A stretch of 64,000 nt of DNA from Sporopachydermia quercuum. Its lineage: Eukaryota. Positions 56,129 to 64,000 of the stretch are shown piece by piece; position 1 is the first letter of the stretch, and each line of letters starts with the position of its first letter. A model generated the notes under the pieces. That model was not told the DNA's origin, ran no database searches, and saw nothing but the letters and a program-made list of their open reading frames with translations. The DNA lies in contig BCGN01000005.1 in NCBI GenBank assembly GCA_001599295.1, forward strand, positions 372,001 to 436,000, given 5' to 3'. The translations under genes and the position numbers were made by a program.

Positions 56129-58057
56129 CTACTTATGGTTCACCTTCCATAATCTATGAGGTAAATTCTGAATCTGTTTAACCTTTGGTTTGATGAATCC
56201 AAAAAAAAGCGCGAGTCCAAGAACTATGCAGAACATATTAGTTGCATAGTATCCATCTCTATGAGTATTACATGATCCTCCTAAAGCTGAACATTTTGTC
56301 TTCGCATCTTCCTTAATACATGAGAATTGATTAGCTTCAGTAAACAAAGGTGAATCAACAGGGGTAGTGTCACTACCACTGGTGATAGGTTGGCATATAG
56401 CACTAGTGAAAAGATCAACCAGTATAAATATGAAGAACTTTGGCCAAGTTCCGCCAAGATTGGAAATAGTATTCAGAGTGGTCATGTAAGTTCCACCGAT
56501 AGTAGGATCAGCTACTTGAGTATGGAAAGCAGAGATAGAGACAAACTGAATAGTTGACATGAAAGAACCAAACAAATGTTGAATGATTACCATTAGAAAG
56601 TATGATGTAGTAATACCATCTTTAGGGAAACAATACACTAACAGTTGGGCCAATGCTGCAGATGTAAGTCTACCTAGGAAAGCATATAACCAAGGACGCA
56701 AAGGATTGGATCCTGAGGACCATTTGGCAACATAATAACCAAATACAATTTCAAAAGGGAAATCAATCAGCACTGTCAAAGCTAAATCTTCTTTGGAGAA
56801 GCCCTTTTCTAGTAGCTTGAGATTTGTCACTGATTCGTTTGTTTGGAAAGCAATTTTAGAAACAAAATGGATTGCAATTAGTGACTGAATGTTTGGTAAT
56901 TTGATAACCTGATACATTGTCTTATAAATCTTCTTAATTCCTTCTTTTACTGCTGGTTCATTGCCACTGTTGTCCTTTTCCACAACAAATAATGCTACTA
57001 CAATAGTAGCAACCAAATACATCCAACCAACTATCCATAGATACAGAGAAAGTGTGACTAAACCAACATCTGACGGTGTAGTTCTGAAATACTTGTTAGC
57101 AAATTCAGGCGAGTTGAATGCAAGAAATACTGTGAAACTAAGAAAGTAGCCAGTGTTGATGCCAACAGTTTGAGCTGTTGATGCAAAACTAAGAGCATTT
57201 CTAGATAATAATGTAAGGCACCAGCCGTCCACAGCAATATCTTGAGTTGCACACAGTAATACCAGCGTGAAGAAATACGCAGTTATCTTCCCCAGATTAT
57301 CCTGAGGATTAGAGAACAAATCATTACATTGATACGAAAGGTATAATAGAACCACTGATGATATTGCTTGTATAGGAATGATCCATGATTTTCTTCTTCC
57401 AAACTTTTCAGAATAGATGGCATCAACAATAGGACTCCATAGCAGTTTCAAGCTGTAAGGATACGATGCTAATGAGAACACGCCGACTTGCGAATACGAC
57501 AATGATGCTTTGAGAAGAAACGGAACAGAACCAAATGCTAAACCAACAGGAATTCCTTGTAGTAAATATAAGAATGTTAAAATGTAGAAGTTCAGCTTAT
57601 CTTCCGTAGAAAGATCGCCAATGGCTTTTGGTTTTGGTGCTGTGGAATGATCAATGACTGAATCATCAGATGTACTGCTTGGAAAATGCTGAAAAGGATC
57701 TGGTGATTTTGTTGCAAATCTGGTATCAATACTTGATGAGCCTGCTGGCGATAAATCTTTCAAAGTTATGTCATCACNATATTCCGGATCACTGCCATTA
57801 GATGCTGAAGTGGATCGATTCCGCTTATATAGTGGTAATAGGTTCGATTCCTGATTAGTCATGATGGGTTCCGAATTTTCAGGGTCCTCTGATGAATCTT
57901 CTAACAGTGATTCCTCTTTGCTTTTCCTCTTGTAGTTTGATATGGTGTTGTTTGATTGAACATCTATTCCTGTTGATACCGAGAAACTGGCGTTATTTAC
58001 TTCTGGGTGCTCTGAAGCTGGACTGAGAGTTTTCCTATCTCTTGTTTTCTTTGGCAT
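56129..58057 (-). CDS. ER acetyl-CoA transporter AT-1/SLC33A1 (YBR220C/YBR219C-like)
   Basis: 'LYLLQGIPVGL', 'YPYSLKLLWSPIVD', 'GRRKSWI', 'CATQDIAVDGW', 'DPTIGGTYMTTLNT.SNLGGTWP', 'DGYY'. First ATG is 58057. Confidence 0.9.
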   Translation of the reverse strand: MPKKTRDRKTLSPASEHPEVNNASFSVSTGIDVQSNNTISNYKRKSKEESLLEDSSEDPENSEPIMTNQESNLLPLYKRNRSTSASNGSDPEYXDDITLKDLSPAGSSSIDTRFATKSPDPFQHFPSSTSDDSVIDHSTAPKPKAIGDLSTEDKLNFYILTFLYLLQGIPVGLAFGSVPFLLKASLSYSQVGVFSLASYPYSLKLLWSPIVDAIYSEKFGRRKSWIIPIQAISSVVLLYLSYQCNDLFSNPQDNLGKITAYFFTLVLLCATQDIAVDGWCLTLLSRNALSFASTAQTVGINTGYFLSFTVFLAFNSPEFANKYFRTTPSDVGLVTLSLYLWIVGWMYLVATIVVALFVVEKDNSGNEPAVKEGIKKIYKTMYQVIKLPNIQSLIAIHFVSKIAFQTNESVTNLKLLEKGFSKEDLALTVLIDFPFEIVFGYYVAKWSSGSNPLRPWLYAFLGRLTSAALAQLLVYCFPKDGITTSYFLMVIIQHLFGSFMSTIQFVSISAFHTQVADPTIGGTYMTTLNTISNLGGTWPKFFIFILVDLFTSAICQPITSGSDTTPVDSPLFTEANQFSCIKEDAKTKCSALGGSCNTHRDGYYATNMFCIVLGLALFFGFIKPKVKQIQNLPHRLWKVNHK

Positions 58058-60996
58058 TTGCAAATAGAAAGGTCTGTCTTTAAATTATGTGGATAAATCT
58101 ACTATTCGTGTAGAATTATTCCAAATAACGAGTTTCCTTGGTTAATGTTTGCTAAAAGTAACAATATACTATTATCACTGTGNAATCAGCTTTGAACGAT
58201 AGCGCGTAGTAGAGACCAATATCTTCCTTATTGCTTTCTATCCTAAATTTCCTATTGCTAGCTGTATGTTATAGTTAAAATAGAAGTTCTAGTAGTTACT
58301 GTAGTTTCTTTACTGTATACTAATAGTTATCTCGAATTCAATTTTCTGTCTATTACTTCTGTTATATTCTTATATATTCCACTTGTCAGGCTATCAACTC
58401 TAGCTTTGATTACGTGTATTTGCTCTCAAATCTGTTTACTTCTGAACAATGCTGCATACAATGCACTTAGAGGAACTTCCCACATAAATAAGAGAAGTTA
58501 AAAGCAAGTGTCAGAAAAGAAACCTGTTGGATTCAATTGTTTATTTGATGCCCACATCGCCATCGAATCTAATTGCTTACAGAAATGAAATTTCCCCAGT
58601 TTCGAGAGAACACGTTTAAAGTAAACAGTTTCTCATTGTAATGGCACTGAAAGGAGTTGTGAAGAGATATGATGTGCAGAGAGTTAAGGTTGATCATTGA
58701 TGTAGAGATCTGCAATGTATGCATGGGATTTCCAGAGAGCTCGTTCGGGAGATATTTCGGATACAGTATAAAGGTAGAGGAAAGAAAGAAGAGCCATATG
58801 TTTGCTCAATTGTTGCATTTGTTCAGGAATTTTAGGGAAGAGTTTCCGAAAGAATCGGACATCGTGATGATGGAGACAGGGCATTCATATGCAGGGGAGT
58901 GCAGGAAGAAAAGTTACATTTAAGTTTTGCAGAATAGTACAGGAAGGGGTATCAAATCATACCTGAACAATAAGCTGGCAGCTTGACGATCAAATTGAGT
59001 TGGGTTTATGATTGATAGAAACAAGAGAAAAGATNAAACAGTGATTTTTTATGAAATGAGCAGAAAGCAATGAATGAAGGGTAAAACACAAGTAGATATC
59101 AAATTCAATCATCGAGAGCCTCTTTCAGCGGGTATTGTTGAAAAGCAACGATTACTGTGCGAACATAGTACATGGCAAGTCACAGGACTACCGGACATTC
59201 AGGTACCACTTCTTAAAATCTGTTGTACTCCAAAGTATAGTTACACATCAATTAAACCACAGAGCCAANGTACTAGTCTCATTTATCAGAAGAATTTCCA
59301 ATTGTTATTTAAAACAAGCATTTTTAATTCAAAGCCTTAGTAATAAGTATCATGGTGACTACTCAGCTATTACTCATTGTATCACCAAGATCGTCCGGAC
59401 ACTTGCTATCTTTACAATCAACTGGCACCTTATGAGGTTCCTGTCTCTCTTAGTATCTCAGGTTTTCAACACTTCAAAAGCCCNTCCAAAAAGAAATTCA
59501 GAGATGTCTAAAAGAATCCCTTCCTCAATATTAAATCTTTTTGACAATATCTTTCTTTCTTTGACCTAAGGTATTCATATTATCTACTTTCACATTTCAT
59601 TTGCAGATCGAGTCTCCTCATACATTATATACATGTGAAAATTTATGGTGTGACAGCTGCACGGTCCATTCTGTTTTGTTTATACGGAAGTAGTCAGTGG
59701 GAGAACGCTACACTGTTACATTTTCTTCAACTTAATCGCGCTAGTTAGGCAAAATAAATCTAAAAGGTTAGGGTAAATGAACCAACACTGCATGGCTTGC
59801 TTGGTTCTATACAGTATCGCATGCAATAATATGCAAGCCGGAATAATACACAATTGCTGNGCATGAAAGGCTGATGAGAGAGATGAGAAGTGTTAGACAA
59901 AAAAAGAACAATTACGTTTGGCATAATATTTACATATTTTTATGAAAGTACAGTAGACTGTCTATCGGGAGAAATTACGCGCTTATTTTTTTGGATTGTA
60001 GTTTTCGGTAGCACTGGATTTGCGGTATAAACAATAGTAGGAGTTCCGTTTGAAGGTCAATTGCTTCTTGATCGCCAACCGTCATCATCAATCTATTTAT
60101 CCTTCTGATAAAATCAATGAACACGGCAGAAACAAACATTCATTTTACATTTGTTATCTAATCTCCTACAGACACCAAGTCAATTCAAATCAAGGAGAAC
60201 TGTAACAATGTTCCAAGCATATTATCCTGCTTTGAGTCTCCGAACGGATCAACCTAACCTTGAACTCCCTTTAATCCCTGTATCAAAAATATTTCTTTCG
60301 GCTTGCAAATCAAAAACAGAGATACCTTGCAATACGTAACATATTTACATGAAAAGTCATCAATCAACCATTTTCTGGTTCCTTTACGGCCAAAGCAATG
60401 TTGATTAATACACTATAGCCAACACATCAATGCTGAATACCCCCCCCCCTACAGACAGGTTATATCCCACCGCATCTTCACCAGTCTTCAACAACTATAT
60501 TCATTGTAAAATCTAATTTCAGCCTCGCCCATAATATCTCAACCTCATGCTCAAATCCCTATCATTTTCCAGTATTTCACTACTTAAACCTCTTCCTTTG
60601 ATTCGGGTACCTTTGTCTGTTCTCTTCCTTTCAATAAATAATACTTGCTGCCATATCTCTTTCTTCTTTTAATGCTTCCTCCTATCAACTAGAGATGGCA
60701 GTAAATTAGCTTTAGCCGTTACGTACAAATGGAAACCTAAATCATATCCCGTATATAACCAGAGACGAAACGAGACGTGAAGTTCATTATTTACCCTTGT
60801 ACGCAAACTTTATCCATGTAAGCCAGTTTTCTCATTCCTTCGCTCTTCTCTTCTTTGCAATGATTGATTAAAGGCCATTATAAGAAGATAACTTGGTGGT
60901 ATGAAATAATTTCTTGATATAAGGGTCAATTGAATTGATGGATTATTGATAAACGTGATTGAGAGTAGCTGAGCATTGATTGTTCGTTATAGATAC

Positions 60997-61446
60997 GTAA
61001 GTAATATAATGATTGACGTGATAATAACAATGATAACGATGTTGATGTTTTGTTGATGTAATTGAGTAGTTGCAACGGTTGGTAATGGTAAGCATTGCTG
61101 CAGAACAATTGAGACTGTTTAGAGCTGAGAAGCTGAGTAGCAAGAACAATTATGCNGATAGAAATCCGATAGGTGAATGATTGTTCAGAATTTTGTATGG
61201 GTACGAAAAGAACTGCTTATTTCAATTGCTGCATTGCCTGCTGCATGGCAGTTTGGTTGATTATAGCTGTTAAAACAGGGACATGTCTGTTGGACAACTT
61301 GACGGATTTGCACCTTTGAAGAACGTAAATCAGACATCGGAAATGATTGAAACTATTAGGAATTGCATTTATTCGTCATCAGACCGTTTGAGTTGTCTAT
61401 TATGTTATTAAAGTAATCTGTTACTAGTTACTAACCACAATCACAG
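60997..61446 (+). other. Intron in the PDB1 leader (acceptor well supported, donor uncertain)
   Basis: TACTAAC at 61429-61435 and CAG at 61444-61446, 17 nt before the ATG. Donor candidates are GTAAGT 60997, GTACGA 61201 and GTATGA 60899. Confidence 0.6.
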
Positions 61447-61463
61447 GTGACTATAGATTCAGA

Positions 61464-62606
61464 ATGAGTTTCAAATTGCCCAGCACATTGGCATCAACTG
61501 CCAGAAGAAGCATGTTGAAAACAGCAAAGCCTGCATCATCTTTGTTGATCAACAGATCTGTTGCTCCTCAAACTAACTCTCGTTCTTTGGCCTCTGCCAG
61601 TGGTCCAACCATGATGACTGTCAGAGATGCTTTGAACAGTGCTATGGCTGAAGAATTAGATCGTGATGAAACCGTTTTCTTAATGGGTGAAGAGGTTGCT
61701 CAATACAATGGTGCCTACAAGATTTCTCGTGGTTTGTTAGATCGCTTTGGGGAAAAAAGAATCATTGATACCCCTATCACTGAAATGGGTTTCACTGGTT
61801 TATGTGTCGGTGCAGCATTTGGAGGTTTAAAGCCTATTTGCGAGTTCATGACTTTCAATTTTGCTATGCAAGCTATCGATCAAATCATTAACTCTGCTGC
61901 TAAGACTTATTATATGTCTGGTGGTAAGCAACCATGTAACATTACCTTCAGAGGTCCTAACGGTGCTGCTGCTGGTGTTGCAGCTCAACACTCTCAATGT
62001 TACGCAGCTTGGTATGGAGCTATTCCTGGTTTAAAGGTTGTCTCTCCTTACAGTGCTGAAGACTACAAGGGTCTTCTTAAGGCCTCAATCCGTGATCCTA
62101 ACCCAGTTATTTTCTTGGAGAATGAAATCTTGTATGGTGAATCTTTCCCAATGTCTGAAGAAGCTTTGTCTCCTGATTTTGTTCTTCCTTTCGGTAAGGC
62201 TAAAATCGAACGTGAAGGTACCGATATCACCATTGTTGCTCATTCACGTAACGTTCAATTCTCCCTTGAAGCTGCTGAAACTTTGAAGGAGAAGTATGGA
62301 GTTGAAGCTGAAGTCATCAATCTCAGAAGTATCAAGCCTTTAGACACTGAAACTATCATCAATTCCATCAAGAAGACAAACCACATTGTCACCGTTGAAG
62401 CTGGTTTCCCTGCTTTCGGTGTTGGCTCGGAAATTTGTGCCCAAATTATGGAATCTGAAGCTTTTGATTATCTTGATGCCCCTGTTGAACGATGCACTGG
62501 TTGTGAAGTTCCTACTCCTTACGCTAAGGAATTAGAAGACTTTGCATTCCCTGATCCTCCAACTATCGTCAGAGCAGTTTCCAAGGTTTTNTCTCTTGGT
62601 GAGTAA
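61464..62606 (+). CDS. PDB1: Pyruvate dehydrogenase E1 beta subunit
   Basis: Presequence; '[12 protein letters not shown]', '[12 protein letters not shown]', 'DTPITEMGF', '[17 protein letters not shown]'. Strongly biased codons. Confidence 0.98.
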   Translation: MSFKLPSTLASTARRSMLKTAKPASSLLINRSVAPQTNSRSLASASGPTMMTVRDALNSAMAEELDRDETVFLMGEEVAQYNGAYKISRGLLDRFGEKRIIDTPITEMGFTGLCVGAAFGGLKPICEFMTFNFAMQAIDQIINSAAKTYYMSGGKQPCNITFRGPNGAAAGVAAQHSQCYAAWYGAIPGLKVVSPYSAEDYKGLLKASIRDPNPVIFLENEILYGESFPMSEEALSPDFVLPFGKAKIEREGTDITIVAHSRNVQFSLEAAETLKEKYGVEAEVINLRSIKPLDTETIINSIKKTNHIVTVEAGFPAFGVGSEICAQIMESEAFDYLDAPVERCTGCEVPTPYAKELEDFAFPDPPTIVRAVSKVXSLGE

Positions 62607-63497
62607 ATACACACTAATGAAATAGTGATTCCTAGTACAGGTTGTTGATAACATGCCATAGTCACTTATTATATGCGGTCAACTGATTGTCCATGATGTC
62701 TATAAATTGAAAAAATAAGAAGATAAAACATAAAGCAACCTCGTATTTATCTAGTACTTGTTCTACTGAGTATTCCTAATCAATCCCATCAATTGCTTCT
62801 TTCTATAAACTCATTCCTTTTGGCTGCTAATATCAGCATCAAGAGATTATCTTATATCTACCGCTCCCCTCCCCCCATAGATATATCATGTGATATTATC
62901 TCACTAGACTCTAGAGTTAATTTTTTCTTTCTTGCATACTAGTGCAGCTGTATAGCGTCAATCTCTGATTGACAGNACATCTTCACCTCATACAGAATAT
63001 CATCAGTTTCCCAGTGATGAGTCAATTTCCAATAAATAGAAGTTTCCCTAGCTGAAAGCTTCTTGATTAGCCTTTTTTACTTCAAAGAAGGGTCATTTTA
63101 TAAGAATTAATCCGTTGTATTTCTCCCCATTCTTCTCTGTTTCCTCTTTATATTATTCCCCATTTGCTATTTCTGCATCTAGTATGCACCTCTACAACCT
63201 TAAAGAACAGCACAATACAAATTGCAGTGCGATGTTTACTGCCGAAATTCCCTTGTCTTTCATGCTATCAAACTATTCCATGATATGCTCCCATTTATCC
63301 TGCTATTTATATTGTGCTTCTAATCTTTGACCGCAGAAAGCATCTATTCTACTGTACACTATATCAAAGTTGCATTTGTTTTGGGGTTCAAGTGTAAGTT
63401 GTTGCCTAGAGCTCTGTTATCAGATTCAGCGAGCAGCCCGTATTTATCACTATATCACAAACAGACAATTGAGTGCATTGACTGTTCAATAACCATC

Positions 63498-64000
63498 ATG
63501 ACTACCTTTAACGAAGTGATCAAGCCTTCAGACAAAGTGGCTGTCATTTTGCCTCACGAGCAGCCTGCTGTGAGCATTACCTACAATGAGCTTATAAGCC
63601 AAATCCAGCACCTGCAGACTATTTTCACCGCTAACCCTATTCTCTCTCAACTCCCACCTCAATCTCCAGTTTCGATCTCAATTCCTAATTCAATTGAGTT
63701 CACTGCTGTGTTTCTTGCTGCTGTTTTCTCAGGCAACATTGCTGCTCCTTTGAATCCGAATTACAAAAAACAGGAAAATGATTTCTACCTTGATGATCTC
63801 AAATCCAAGCTTGTAGTTGTTCATAGAGATTTGGTTAATGACAACAGTGCTATCATTCAATCAGCCAACTCCAACGGGGCAACAATTGTTGAGTTATGGT
63901 ATGAGAAATCCACCAAAAAAGTTGAATATCAACTTTACGGGCAACCTAAGACTGCATCAACAATTGCTGCTAATTTGGTGCCTCAAACTGTTACCTGTCC
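63498..64000 (+). CDS. PCS60: Acyl-CoA (oxalyl-CoA) synthetase Pcs60, N-terminal part (runs off the right end)
   Basis: Not in ORF track. MTTFNEVIKPSDKVAVILP...ITYNEL...SIPNSIEFTAVFLA...IAAPLNPNYKKQENDFYLDDLKSK. Open to the window end; neighbours PDB1, as in S. cerevisiae. Confidence 0.85.
   Translation, partial: MTTFNEVIKPSDKVAVILPHEQPAVSITYNELISQIQHLQTIFTANPILSQLPPQSPVSISIPNSIEFTAVFLAAVFSGNIAAPLNPNYKKQENDFYLDDLKSKLVVVHRDLVNDNSAIIQSANSNGATIVELWYEKSTKKVEYQLYGQPKTASTIAANLVPQTVTC

Noticed and set aside
2579..57252. Many 60-165 aa ORFs nested in or antisense to the long genes (e.g. 8807-9202, 37275-37772, 51357-51779)
   Set aside because: Shadow ORFs of real genes; most start at TTG or GTG and have no recognisable motifs.
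16493..58416. Isolated hexamers (ACGCGT near EMP24; TACGTG UPRE-like near EMP24 and AT-1; CATGTG E-boxes)
   Set aside because: Single 6-mers occur many times by chance, and there is no clustering.
58864..58966. GTGATGA...CTGA pair resembling a C/D snoRNA (similar pairs at about 53843-53944 minus and 63014-63055)
   Set aside because: No terminal stem and no guide that I can match to rRNA; such boxes are common by chance in AT-rich DNA.
58669..61149. Short ORFs in the AT-1/PDB1 gap (e.g. 59135-59569, 59074-59340)
   Set aside because: No family motifs, non-coding-like composition, mutually overlapping frames.
22196..62606. Cryptic peroxisomal targeting through TGA-CTA stop readthrough
   Set aside because: None of the stop codons I inspected (HPPD, ACL2, NCL1, SOH1, CASTOR-like, PDB1) has the TGA CTA context.
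1..64000. Prokaryote-type systems (CRISPR arrays, IS elements, operons), LTR elements or horizontally acquired islands
   Set aside because: No repeat-spacer arrays, transposase/RT/integrase ORFs, long direct repeats or obvious compositional shift; all genes look like native fungal genes.

Overview
Eukaryotic, AT-rich, gene-dense budding-yeast (Saccharomycotina-like) chromosomal segment with about 26 protein-coding genes, two of them cut by the window ends. I found no tRNA, rRNA, transposon or CRISPR signal. Order: TYW3 (partial), MRPL50, a divergent importin-7/8-family gene, STK19-like, CCDC47/YNR021W-like, a small ankyrin gene, ACL2, RPS27, EMP24, RIM8, HPPD, a CASTOR-type ACT protein, LSM2 (5 exons), RRN10-like, TatD/Scn1-like, TSL1/TPS3, NCL1, HRD1-like, MCM2, UBR7/Mlo2-like, PIM1, SOH1, SCS3, an AT-1 acetyl-CoA transporter, PDB1 and PCS60 (partial). 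Seven gene models need splicing that the ORF track misses; I reconstructed them by hand. CTG reads as Leu at conserved positions. The species keeps genes that S. cerevisiae lacks (ACL, HPPD, STK19, CASTOR-like, UBR7-like), yet shows striking microsynteny with S. cerevisiae; I cannot name the species. I found no clear-cut novel system. The best leads are non-coding: a tandem Rim101/PacC plus Nrg1 motif array upstream of RIM8; a PDB1 leader intron with alternative donors that could change the N-terminus; a compact H-type pseudoknot beside a TTAGGG-type 9-mer in a 3.4-kb intergenic gap; a 12-nt LSM2 micro-exon; and a nested hairpin in the RPS27 intron. There are also two atypical paralog-like genes (HRD1-like, importin). 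All family calls come from motif recognition from memory, not database searches.
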